Sequence record: NZ_CP040393.1
From: a plasmid
Direction: 5' to 3' (one strand)
DNA length: 64,000 nucleotides
In this document: positions 21,481 to 30,680 of the stretch, piece after piece
Position numbering within the stretch: position 1 is the stretch's first letter
How the letters are laid out: each line of letters starts with the position of its first letter
Notes under the pieces: generated by a model
Told to the model about the DNA's origin: nothing
Database searches by the model: none
Seen by the model: the letters and a program-made list of their open reading frames with translations, nothing else
Made by a program: the position numbers and the translations under genes

Positions 21481-22113
21481 ACGCGCCCGGTCCCGCCGGG
21501 CTTGTCCAACCCGGATAACGCAGGTTAAATCCCTGCCTTTTCCGGGTTCCAGTGTTTAGTTCTGATGTCCCTGATGAAACTTGTGCTACCGACCGGCGTC
21601 GTGCCGGTCGCTGACAGCAAATGTCAGCATATTCCGCACGTACTGACTTTCTGCAAATTTTCAGATCCTCCCGCCTTTTCCGCGATCCTTTCTACTGGAA
21701 AACTCAACGCCAATTGAGTAGACTCGTTTCGTCGTGGAAAGCCTGTGGTGAGGCCTTTTCGCAGATACATTTTTGAATTATGACTTATCTCAAATCAGTA
21801 CGCTGACTGATTCCGAAGTCTTGTGGTGAGACGGAAGATATCAGGAGATATGCCAGATTCACGCTTCACGCCTGTACATGCGAGCGGGCGGGAAAGTTAT
21901 GGAATACAGGGATGGGGCGTATCCGTAAAACGTCCGGGAGAAGGTGACGGCAGATTTGCCGGAGCCGGAATGCAAAAACCCCCCGAAATCTGTTAAGCAA
22001 CTTGGCGGAAGCATCAGAAATCAGGGGGTCCAAAAGCAGGCGCAGCGCCTGTGAAGGATTATAACGCATGCATTATATAAAACAACACCCGGCCGCCATA
22101 AGAAAAGGCCGGC

Positions 22114-23022
22114 GTGAATGACAATATAAAATCGCGCGACGATCGTCGCCACCGTGGTACTCATTCCACGGCCTGCAAATGCCCTGCGCCGGAATACATT
22201 CGCCCGGCACATTACAAAGCGCTCAGCAAAGAGCACGGTCGCGCGCTGCGCAACCTGATTGTCCGGGATAAAACCACCGGCGAGTGGGTGATTCGCCGTC
22301 GCGTGTCTGCCGATCCTCTCTTCACTTTCCTCCGCCCATCTGCCGGCCGCAAACGGGCTTTTCGTTATCTGCGCCGGCAGCTGCTCGATGCGCTGTTTAT
22401 TCTCTTCATCAACAAGGTCGATCTGGCCACGGATATAGTGACCATCAACATCACCCGTCTGGCTGAGGAATTAAGCCCGAAAGATGCTGACGGTAACATC
22501 ATCCCCGGACAGGCTGTCACGGTCACCCGCGTTTCTCGCCTGGTGACTGAACTGGCGCGCTTTGGCTTCATTTATGCGCCTGAGGCTGAATGGGATATGG
22601 TCAATAACTGCCGTTTTCCCAAACATGTCATCATCACCGAGGCCGGATGGCGGCTGACGGGAATTGATACGGATAAACTGCGGGCAGAACAGGCTGAACG
22701 TCTGGCGGCCATCGAAGACGGGATCCTTGCGCCCGGAGAAACTCTCTCCCTGAAGGCAGCCCGCAGCCGCTGGTATGAACGCTGCCGGCACCAGACCATC
22801 CTGACGCGCAGAACCCGCGCCATTGAAGGCAGGCAGCGCAGAAAGCTGGCTGAACTGCCCTTCGATGAGCGCAAGCGCCAGATTTCCGAAGGACTGATGC
22901 GCAGCCTGAAAGGCGATGTGGGGCACATGACGTCCCGCCAGTTCGAGAAAATGGTCTGGGCACAGCTTTACCAGCTTGAACTGGTGAACCTCGAGCCACC
23001 GGGAACACCTCCCCCTCACTAG
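22114..23022 (+). CDS. repA: IncFII-family replication initiator RepA (RepA1-like). The true start may lie downstream of 22114.
   Basis: Basic protein with blocks resembling R100/R1 RepA1 (RRxLDALF.L...D.....V..ITRLA.E..L, Arg/Lys-rich C-terminal half). It is followed by an AT-rich segment with DnaA-box-like motifs, as expected for oriR. Confidence 0.65.
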   Translation: MNDNIKSRDDRRHRGTHSTACKCPAPEYIRPAHYKALSKEHGRALRNLIVRDKTTGEWVIRRRVSADPLFTFLRPSAGRKRAFRYLRRQLLDALFILFINKVDLATDIVTINITRLAEELSPKDADGNIIPGQAVTVTRVSRLVTELARFGFIYAPEAEWDMVNNCRFPKHVIITEAGWRLTGIDTDKLRAEQAERLAAIEDGILAPGETLSLKAARSRWYERCRHQTILTRRTRAIEGRQRRKLAELPFDERKRQISEGLMRSLKGDVGHMTSRQFEKMVWAQLYQLELVNLEPPGTPPPH

Positions 23023-23049
23023 GAAGCCGTTTTTTTAACCATCCGCTTT

Positions 23050-23310
23050 ACTGCGGAGGTTTTCGCACGTCTGTCATAAAGTACTGGTTAAAATTGAATC
23101 AATGCACCGCCAGTCCCGCCACTGCGTGTGGCTGAAAATGGCCACAGAGGTTGTCGTATCCGTTCTTTCCACACTTATCCGCAAACGGACAAACCCGGTT
23201 ATCAGCAACCTGCCTGAAATAACGCGCAAAATAATCAGGACTTCGTCCTTACTTATATTCATAAGAGATCAACCTTATTCACTGGATAAAAACGGTGGAT
23301 AACGGGGAAA
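23050..23310. promoter_or_regulatory. Putative vegetative origin region (oriR-like) downstream of repA, with tandem DnaA-box-like motifs
   Basis: AT-rich stretch beginning ~30 bp after the repA stop. GGTGGATAA (= TTATCCACC on the minus strand) lies at 23294-23302, with a second TGGATAAAA at 23283-23291. Confidence 0.35.
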
Positions 23311-23896
23311 ACGAGAAGAGGCCTTCGCTTACAGCAGCCTGACGGCTGCGCCGCTCAGAAATATTGCTTCCCCCCACCGCCAGCGGCGGGTCCCCTTCGC
23401 GCTGAAACCCAACGACAGAGTCGCCATTCAGCCCTGAAAAGCCGCGCCGCCCCGGGCCGGAGGCCCGGAACAGTGCCGCTTTTAAAGAGGATGATGTAAC
23501 TAAGGTTTGCGTCGCGGTAACTCCAGTCGCTGAAAGACCTGCGTGACACGCTCGTAAGCGCCCTTCGGGACGCTAACGCGGAGATACGCCCCGTCTTCGG
23601 CAAAGCCTCGACGTGACCACTCCGGCCGCGCACATAACATTCTGCGTCGCTGATAACGGGTTATGGTCTGGCAGGGATGAGGGGTTAATAGCCACAGGCT
23701 ATCATGTTGCCGGCTTCGCCGGGTCACGGCGCCATTAACGCCCAGCGTTATATTCACCTTCATCCGGCGCCTTTATGCCGCTGTGCGGCATGCAGTGAGC
23801 CTGTTCGCACAGCTCACCGGCTCTAAAAAGGTCATTAGGTTGTCAATTTTCCGATCGGGAATATGATGTAAGGAGACAACCATCCGAGGAGAAAAA

Positions 23897-24700
23897 ATGG
23901 ACACACTCCTGTTCCCCGGCCAGAACCAGAGCGTCTGGGCGGCCACAATGATTAACCTTGAGGCCCGCCAGCTCGTTAATACGGCCAATACCGTGGCCGC
24001 CATGCATCTGCATGACGGACTTTCGAGAATTCAGTTCGTCGACGAAATCAGGTCAGTCATCATGAGCCAGTTTGAAGCGGCACGGCGCGCGAAAACGGAT
24101 GATGAGTGTATGGCCTGCATAAAAGCGCTGCGGGCAGAAAACCACAGTCTGCTTGAACAATCCCGCGCACTGAAAACGGGCTATGCAAAGCTCTATGCCG
24201 AGGTAAAGATTGTCCGGGAAGATAATAAAATCATCGGCTACATTATTTCGGCCGTTGACGTGGTTGTTGCCGGCATGGCCATTTTTGGCGGCATTGTCAT
24301 GATGTCGTCCATGAATCCACTGGGTGTGGTGGCCGGGGCTGTTATTGTCGTGAACGGTTTTAACACCATCTCACGTGAGGCTGCGCGTACCTTCCTCGGG
24401 GACAGGCAGACAGAAGGGATGTTTGCGGATGGATCGATGGAGGTGGCCGAATTTCTTGGATTCAGCCGTCAGCAGGGGCTGGGTGCCTACAAAGCAGTCA
24501 CGCTTTTCAGTGAAGTATACGGCGCATATGGTCTGCGTCTTAAGCCTGAAGCCCAACGGCTCTGGTACTGGACCCGGCCCGATTTTTTCCGGAAAGTATC
24601 CGGCACTCCGCGCCCGGTCATGGCCTTAAAAATTGCAGGCTGGGGCATTAATGCAAAAGTGGCGCTCGATTTATTGTCTATCGATCCTGGCGGGAAATAG
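23897..24700 (+). CDS. Hypothetical membrane protein with a central hydrophobic Gly/Ala/Val-rich hairpin
   Basis: 267-aa ORF with good coding appearance and a GAAGGAG Shine-Dalgarno sequence 8 nt upstream. No recognised catalytic motif. Confidence 0.5.
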   Translation: MDTLLFPGQNQSVWAATMINLEARQLVNTANTVAAMHLHDGLSRIQFVDEIRSVIMSQFEAARRAKTDDECMACIKALRAENHSLLEQSRALKTGYAKLYAEVKIVREDNKIIGYIISAVDVVVAGMAIFGGIVMMSSMNPLGVVAGAVIVVNGFNTISREAARTFLGDRQTEGMFADGSMEVAEFLGFSRQQGLGAYKAVTLFSEVYGAYGLRLKPEAQRLWYWTRPDFFRKVSGTPRPVMALKIAGWGINAKVALDLLSIDPGGK

Positions 24701-25001
24701 TTCTCTGTAAACGGCTGGCTTTTCTGCCCAGAGCGGGCGGAAACGTGGCCCAGGCAATGACCAGCACAATGACAGCGCTTACTCCGCCTGAAATGATATG
24801 CGTCCGGTTGCCACTGATGATTGCTGCTGACATAACCGGAAGAAGGGCGACGGTTACCCATACTGAAACCCGGAAACGACGGGAAAGTGCGGCAATCAGC
24901 TCATCCAACGTTCCTCCTCCCTGCAGCCTGCCGTGCAGATTTTCAACGTCACGTTCACTGAAACCGGCATTCCGTAAGTCTTTGTCGTTGATGCTCATCA
25001 T
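24678..25001 (-). CDS. Small hypothetical membrane protein
   Basis: 107-aa ORF with two predicted transmembrane segments, convergent with the preceding gene. Confidence 0.35.
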   Translation of the reverse strand: MMSINDKDLRNAGFSERDVENLHGRLQGGGTLDELIAALSRRFRVSVWVTVALLPVMSAAIISGNRTHIISGGVSAVIVLVIAWATFPPALGRKASRLQRTISRQDR

Positions 25002-25094
25002 GTTCTCCCTTTTCCCGCCAAAGTATATACAGAGTTGACGCTCAACGGTACGGTTTCAGAACCGGGCTGTGCCCGGGAATATACTTCTGGCCAG

Positions 25095-25877
25095 TCAGTT
25101 CTGAAGGTACAGTCTCACCAGGCCGAAAACGATTAGATGAATGATGTAGGCCAGGTAAAAGAACGATGCCGGAATGAAGCGGTGTTCCGTTCCCGCTGCG
25201 GGTGAGGTCGCCATACTGACCGCCGCAGCCGGCAGCAGTACCGTGGGCAGAATGGCCAGTACAACGACGGTGACCGGTATTTCCTGAATATGCTGACTGT
25301 TCAGGGCCATCAGCGCGATGAAAGCGGCGGCTCCGGCCGTGAGTCTGTACCGGAATGACGTGTGATGCAGGAAGATGGCCAGTGACAGCGCCAGTACAAG
25401 CCCCGGCACTCCGTAGCTTGCGATAGACAGTGGCCACGCCATCAGGGCAAGCAACAATACGCCGCCCGTCATGCCTGCCAGGCGGTAGCGGTGATGCCAG
25501 GCCAGCAGCTGCGTCGCGCCGGCGAAGACAAACAGAATGTTGAGGGCGTACCACGGGTCGTGTCCCCGGAATGCCAGACTGAATGCCGGCTGGGTGACGA
25601 TCGCCCATAACCACATCCGGTTTGCCCTGATCTGCAGACGTTCCGGCCTGAGCATCACATTGCGTGCCCATATCAGCACGAACAGCGGAAACGCCATTCT
25701 CCCCAGCGCATAGAGTTCCGGTCGGGGCTGTGTCAGCAACAGGGTGTTGACGTGGTCCGCGAGCATGGCAACCAGCGCCGTCAGTTTTAGCCGGTCGGCG
25801 GCTCCCGGACTGATGGTCAGCCAGTGGTTTATTCTGGACATCAGTCCGTTCATCGTTACGCTGAGAAACTGTGTCAT
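25095..25877 (-). CDS. traX: TraX-family acyltransferase-like polytopic membrane protein (F-pilin N-acetylase family)
   Basis: 260-aa multi-transmembrane protein with blocks recalled from F TraX (L...AL.AML.DH...., GR.AFPLFVL.....N, HDP.Y.LNILF.FA...Q). It is on the opposite strand to the tra operon and ~4.4 kb from the traI end. Confidence 0.55.
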   Translation of the reverse strand: MTQFLSVTMNGLMSRINHWLTISPGAADRLKLTALVAMLADHVNTLLLTQPRPELYALGRMAFPLFVLIWARNVMLRPERLQIRANRMWLWAIVTQPAFSLAFRGHDPWYALNILFVFAGATQLLAWHHRYRLAGMTGGVLLLALMAWPLSIASYGVPGLVLALSLAIFLHHTSFRYRLTAGAAAFIALMALNSQHIQEIPVTVVVLAILPTVLLPAAAVSMATSPAAGTEHRFIPASFFYLAYIIHLIVFGLVRLYLQN

Positions 25878-26264
25878 TTATGTCCTTTTCAGTCCGGCAC
25901 GCTCGTAAAATATAATCCTGTACCCATTGCCAGAAAACCCGGCCGCTGTAAGGCGGCACACTGACACCGGCTTTCTGCAAGATCTTTCTCGCCACGGATT
26001 CTGTTTTATCCCGGATAATTAACATTGCAGAATTTTTATCTTTATTGGGGTCAGTTTGGATATCGGAAATTATTGTACGTTAAGGGGGGGCTTGGCCTTT
26101 TGAAACACCGATGATTTCAGGCCGCACTGCCAGGATTTTAAAGTGGGACTATGTCACACTGACATAGTAGTAAATAGCTAATGGATCATTTTACTCCGTT
26201 GATGGCAACTATTTCGGATTCAGCTATGTTAAATTGTTCTGCTAGTTGAGCCTGTAACCAACTG

Positions 26265-26984
26265 TTATTTTGCCCCTGATGTCTCTGTAGATTTGATTTT
26301 TTCGATCGCAATAATATTGTCTGACATCGCTTCATTGAGCACTTCAACTGCCGTGCTGGCATCGCGATTCTTTATCGACATATAGACCTTGATATGGGCT
26401 TCCACACTTTCAAGGGTAATACCCAGCGTACGGTTAAGCTCTTCAAGATAGTAGTAATAGATGTCTTTAATCGAGCTCATCACGTTGTAGAACACGCTGT
26501 TGTGTGATGCCCTGACAATCGCCAGATGGAACTCGTAGTCCGCTTCCGAGTATTTTTTATAATCGCCTTTGTGGATCAACATGTTGTTCAGTGCTTCTTC
26601 GAGCTGGCGAATGTCATCATCGGTAGCATGTGTGACGGCGAGCTCCACGCATTTGAACTCCACAGTCTGACGAAAAATCATCATATCGTGAAACTCTTCG
26701 CGGCTGAGGTGCATGATTGGACGAGGATCGTTACTCAACATCTGTGGGATGAAGTTTTCGCTCACGTAGCTGCCGCTACCCTGACGTGTCACCACAATCC
26801 CCAGGTCACGAAAACGCTGCACCGCGCTACGAACGCTGACCCGGCTGACGTTAAATGAGGTGGTCAGCTCGGCTTCTGAGGGCAAACGGCTACCCGGAGC
26901 CCAACTGCCATCCAGCAATTTTCCGCTTATCTGATCATAAACTTCATTTACAACATTCTGTTTTTGAATGGATTTTATGCTCAA
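26265..26984 (-). CDS. GntR/FadR-family transcriptional regulator (N-terminal wHTH, C-terminal FCD ligand domain)
   Basis: N-terminal motif VY.QI...L.DG...PG..LPSE.EL...F.VSR.SVR.A...L...G.V....G.G.YV, followed by an all-helical FCD-type domain. Confidence 0.85.
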   Translation of the reverse strand: MSIKSIQKQNVVNEVYDQISGKLLDGSWAPGSRLPSEAELTTSFNVSRVSVRSAVQRFRDLGIVVTRQGSGSYVSENFIPQMLSNDPRPIMHLSREEFHDMMIFRQTVEFKCVELAVTHATDDDIRQLEEALNNMLIHKGDYKKYSEADYEFHLAIVRASHNSVFYNVMSSIKDIYYYYLEELNRTLGITLESVEAHIKVYMSIKNRDASTAVEVLNEAMSDNIIAIEKIKSTETSGAK

Positions 26985-27074
26985 GATGGGTATCCGTTAA
27001 GATGTCGCTGAAGTGATTTATTGTATAACAATTCACTTTTAAGAACAAAGCGCCCGGTCGGGCGCTTCTCACCG

Positions 27075-28118
27075 TTAATCGAAACGAATTAGTACCTTAG
27101 CTGAGACATTTTTGTCTGTGGCGGTAATCAACGCGTCTTCAATTTGCTGGGGTGGGAACTCGGCGCTGATAAGCGGGCGAGGATCGACGCGCCCATCTTC
27201 CAGCCAGCGTACCGCGGTGATGAACTCACCGATAAAGCGGAATGAGCCAACCCAGTTAAGCTCTTTAACCAGCATAGGCGACACCGGCCAGCTTACCGGG
27301 CTGGCCCCCATACCTACCTGGACGATAGTGCCGGCAGGGCGGGTGAAATCGACGGTGGATGCCACGGCAATCGGTGCGCCTGAGGCCTCAAACACGACGT
27401 CAAAGTAGCCTTTATGCTGCTGATAATGGGTAACCTGTTCTTCATCGCGCGGATCCATCACCACCGTGGCCCCCATCTGGCGTGCCAGTTCCAGACAGCG
27501 CGGGCTGAGATCGGACGCCACCAGTTCAGATGCCCCGGCACTGCGCGCCGCCGCGAGGATCAGGCAACCAATGGGGCCAGCACCAATCACGAGAACGCGT
27601 TTGCCGGTCAACGGGCCCGCCTTTTTTACCGCATGAATGGCGACTGCCAGGGGTTCCGAAAAGGCCATCACGTTTGCTGGCACGCGACTATCGTAAGGAA
27701 TGCATTGCTCCGGTTTCACCACCACGTATTCAGAAAAGCCGCCATTCACGTGAGGATTGAACTGTGCGCTTCCCATAAAGCGCATGGAGCCGCACAGGTT
27801 TTGATGGCCGGAAAGGCACATCTCGCATTGATTACAGGGGCAGGAAGGGTTTACCGCCACAGTTTGTCCCACTTTTAGTTCGCTGCCTGCGGGCACTTTG
27901 TTAACCACGCCGACAAACTCATGGCCAATCACCATAGGATGTTTGAGGACAGACATCCCCGCGCGGCCATGCTGATAGTAGTGAATATCAGAGCCACAGA
28001 TACCGCCGCAGGCGACCTTCACAACGACATCATATTCACCGTGCTCGATTTCACGTGATTCAAAGCGTACGTCTTTTTCCGCATGGGCCAGACAAGCGTT
28101 ACAGGTTATTTTTTCCAT
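27075..28118 (-). CDS. Zn-dependent medium-chain alcohol/polyol dehydrogenase (RspB / L-idonate 5-dehydrogenase-like). Start chosen at the internal MEKITCNAC.
   Basis: Structural Zn and catalytic motifs (GHE, CGICGSD.HYY, GxGxxG Rossmann motif VLVIGAGPIG). Confidence 0.85.
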   Translation of the reverse strand: MEKITCNACLAHAEKDVRFESREIEHGEYDVVVKVACGGICGSDIHYYQHGRAGMSVLKHPMVIGHEFVGVVNKVPAGSELKVGQTVAVNPSCPCNQCEMCLSGHQNLCGSMRFMGSAQFNPHVNGGFSEYVVVKPEQCIPYDSRVPANVMAFSEPLAVAIHAVKKAGPLTGKRVLVIGAGPIGCLILAAARSAGASELVASDLSPRCLELARQMGATVVMDPRDEEQVTHYQQHKGYFDVVFEASGAPIAVASTVDFTRPAGTIVQVGMGASPVSWPVSPMLVKELNWVGSFRFIGEFITAVRWLEDGRVDPRPLISAEFPPQQIEDALITATDKNVSAKVLIRFD

Positions 28119-28134
28119 TTTGATGATGACCTCG

Positions 28135-29496
28135 TTATTTATTGGCAGTTGCCGGATTAATGGCATTCTTATCCACGGTGTTGGCATTCTTTTTTTCAGG
28201 CAAGATCACTTCAATTTTGCCCACGAGGAAGATGTAGGCTAATAAGCCCAGTCCGGCAACGCCTGCGATATACCACATGGCATACTGGAAGTTTTGCGTG
28301 CGCTGGAGAATAACCCCAATAACAATTGGACTAACGATCCCTGAAAGATTACCGCAAATATTTAAAAATCCGCCCATGGTGCCGAGGAAATTACGGGGGA
28401 TCACATCGCTCCAGACCACCCAACCCAGGTTTGAAAAAGCGTTAGCAAAGAACGCAACAGACAAAATGACTATCGCAATTACCGGCTGGTTTTCAAAGAA
28501 GTTCACCATTCCAATAATCATAGTGACGCACAGGCCTGCCATCACCGGTAATTTTCTCGCCAGCGTGCGGGATTTGCCTTTTTTCAGAAGCATGTCGCTT
28601 AGCGTACCGCCACAGAGCACCCCAAGCATCGCCATAATATAGGGAAGCATGGCACCTATCCCAGCTTTGGAAATAGAGAGATGCAGCCCTTTTTCCAGGT
28701 AAACAATAAACCAGGTCAGGAAGAAATAGAGCGTAGACGAGCAGGCAAACTGGGTGATGAACAGACCCCAAATCGTTTTTTTACTGAGGAAGAATTTAAT
28801 ATCTTGCCAGCTGATTTTCTCGCTAACTGCAGACTGGTTGGCTGAGCCATAGCCACCACCCGCTTTGATGTAATCCAGCTCTGCCTGGTTCACAGCGGTG
28901 CTGTGCTGTGGATCGCGGTAATACATAAGCCAGTAGATGCCAAACAGAATCCCGACGCCACCGGACAGATAAAACGACATTTCCCAACCGTAGTTAGCCA
29001 CAATAAAAGCGAGGGCTGGGGTCAGCAGGGCGAGACCAAGATATTGCGCGCTGGAATAAATTGCGGTCGCACGCGCACGTTCATGATCCGGGAACCAGGT
29101 GGCGATTATTTTTGTGTTAGACGGAAAGGATGGCGCTTCGGCCACGCCAATTAATGCGCGGCAGGCCAGAAGCATTGCAAATGAAGCGGTTGCAGTCGCG
29201 AATAAATGGTGTGAGGCGAACCCCATCATAAAGGTAAAAATACTCCACAGAATAATCGCCCCACCGTAAAGAATACGTGACCCGATGCGATCAAGGACAT
29301 AGCCGACAGGAATTTGACTGGCAGCGTAGGCCCAGGTAAACATGGAGAAAAGCAAACCCAGTTGTGTTGGCGTCAGACTGAAATCATTCTGGATATTCGA
29401 ACCAGCAACGGCAAGATTGGCGCGATCCATATAATTAATTGCAGTCACAATAAACAGCAATGTGAGAATAAAGAGTCGTTGTCTTGAAGCCTTCAT
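28135..29496 (-). CDS. MFS transporter of the anion:cation symporter (ACS) family (hexuronate/aldonate-type). Start at the internal MKASRQRL.
   Basis: 12 predicted transmembrane segments. N-terminal signature ...INYMDRANL.VA......F.L...Q.G...S.F...YA..Q.P.G...DR.G.R is typical of ExuT/DgoT/GudP-like permeases. Confidence 0.85.
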   Translation of the reverse strand: MKASRQRLFILTLLFIVTAINYMDRANLAVAGSNIQNDFSLTPTQLGLLFSMFTWAYAASQIPVGYVLDRIGSRILYGGAIILWSIFTFMMGFASHHLFATATASFAMLLACRALIGVAEAPSFPSNTKIIATWFPDHERARATAIYSSAQYLGLALLTPALAFIVANYGWEMSFYLSGGVGILFGIYWLMYYRDPQHSTAVNQAELDYIKAGGGYGSANQSAVSEKISWQDIKFFLSKKTIWGLFITQFACSSTLYFFLTWFIVYLEKGLHLSISKAGIGAMLPYIMAMLGVLCGGTLSDMLLKKGKSRTLARKLPVMAGLCVTMIIGMVNFFENQPVIAIVILSVAFFANAFSNLGWVVWSDVIPRNFLGTMGGFLNICGNLSGIVSPIVIGVILQRTQNFQYAMWYIAGVAGLGLLAYIFLVGKIEVILPEKKNANTVDKNAINPATANK

Positions 29497-29579
29497 AATA
29501 ATACCTGTGTTATATCGGCATGCCGTCGGGTGAACACATACCGTCAATTTTAAAGGCGAGCAGGTAGAGTACGGACGGC

Positions 29580-30347
29580 TTATAACACGGCGAGCCAGCC
29601 ACCATCGACGTAGATAATTTGCCCGTTGATATAATCCGATGCTTTGGATGATAAGAAGACTGCGGTGCCGATGAGCTCATCCGGACGACCCCAGCGCTGA
29701 GAGGGGTTGCTGCTTTTCACCCAGGCGTCGAACTGTTTGTCTTCGATAAGCGCGGTGTTCATATCCGTCAGAATGTAGCCCGGCCCAATAGCGTTGGTCT
29801 GGATATTAAACTGTGCCCATTCTGCGGCCATCGAACAGGTGAGCATTTTGATGCCGCCTTTTGCCGCCGTGTACGGGGCAACCGTCGGGCGTGCGGCCTG
29901 GCTGGTGAGCGAGCCGATATTAATGATTTTACCGCCGCTGTTGCGGGCCATCATCCGTTTTGCCGCCGCGCGGGAGACCAGAAACGCGCTGGTCAGGTTG
30001 GTGTCGATCACCTTCTGCCAGTTTTCCAGCTCCAGCTCGACCATCGGTTTGCGGTACTGAATACCGGCATTATTGATCAGGATATCAACATTGATCCCTT
30101 GTGCATCAAGTTTGCTAAAAGCCGCCTCAATTGCCTGTTCATCGGTGACGTCGAAAGCCACACCCTGTGCGTCGTAACCTTTGCTGATCAGCGTATCCAC
30201 TGATTCGGCCAGCAGCGTGTCGCGGATATCATTCAGAATGACCCGTGCGCCCGCAGCGGCAAGGCCCTCTGCGTAGGCAAAGCCCAGTCCGCGCGCAGAG
30301 CCCGTTACCAGTGCCGTTTTCCCCGTTAAATCAAATAAAGCGGTCAT
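29580..30347 (-). CDS. Short-chain dehydrogenase/reductase (gluconate 5-dehydrogenase / KduD-like)
   Basis: TGxxxGxG motif (ALVTGSARGLG), NNAG, and the catalytic YxxxK (Y..AK) in an S-Y-K triad arrangement. Confidence 0.85.
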   Translation of the reverse strand: MTALFDLTGKTALVTGSARGLGFAYAEGLAAAGARVILNDIRDTLLAESVDTLISKGYDAQGVAFDVTDEQAIEAAFSKLDAQGINVDILINNAGIQYRKPMVELELENWQKVIDTNLTSAFLVSRAAAKRMMARNSGGKIINIGSLTSQAARPTVAPYTAAKGGIKMLTCSMAAEWAQFNIQTNAIGPGYILTDMNTALIEDKQFDAWVKSSNPSQRWGRPDELIGTAVFLSSKASDYINGQIIYVDGGWLAVL

Positions 30348-30680
30348 GTTGTTTCCTCATTTATTTAATATGTATGACGACTGTCATATTTAAGATTGAA
30401 TTTTCGCTCTGATAAAATCAACAACTCGCCCATTAATTTGCAATGAGGATCACAAACATTCCCGCTATGACGACCATAAAAATCCATTTAATGAATTGAA
30501 TTATAGGTATATATTGAATTTTTATTGAACGTAATTTGATCGCTGTCACAGAATGGGTTTCGAAACGTTCCTCTGCAAAAGAAGCGTGATATAACAACAT
30601 CAACTTGTAGGACAACTTACAATTTGTACATCGTGTCATCCACAAAGATATGACATGCGGTAAATTCGCTGAGTTAAGGA

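Noticed and set aside
21481-22113. CopA antisense RNA, copB (repA2) and tap leader upstream of repA
   Set aside because: These are expected for IncFII, but no ORF or stem-loop could be assigned with confidence from the raw sequence alone. Left unannotated.
23355-23896. Possible hok/sok- or pem-type post-segregational killing locus downstream of repA/oriR
   Set aside because: No ORF resembling Hok/SrnB/PndA or PemK was found on either strand. The minus-strand ORFs here (87-92 aa) have Arg-rich junk composition.
25042-26025. 327-aa minus-strand ORF overlapping the traX-family gene in another frame
   Set aside because: Arg/Gly/Ala/Pro-rich composition typical of an alternative frame of GC-rich coding DNA. 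The traX-family frame has coherent transmembrane topology and family motifs.
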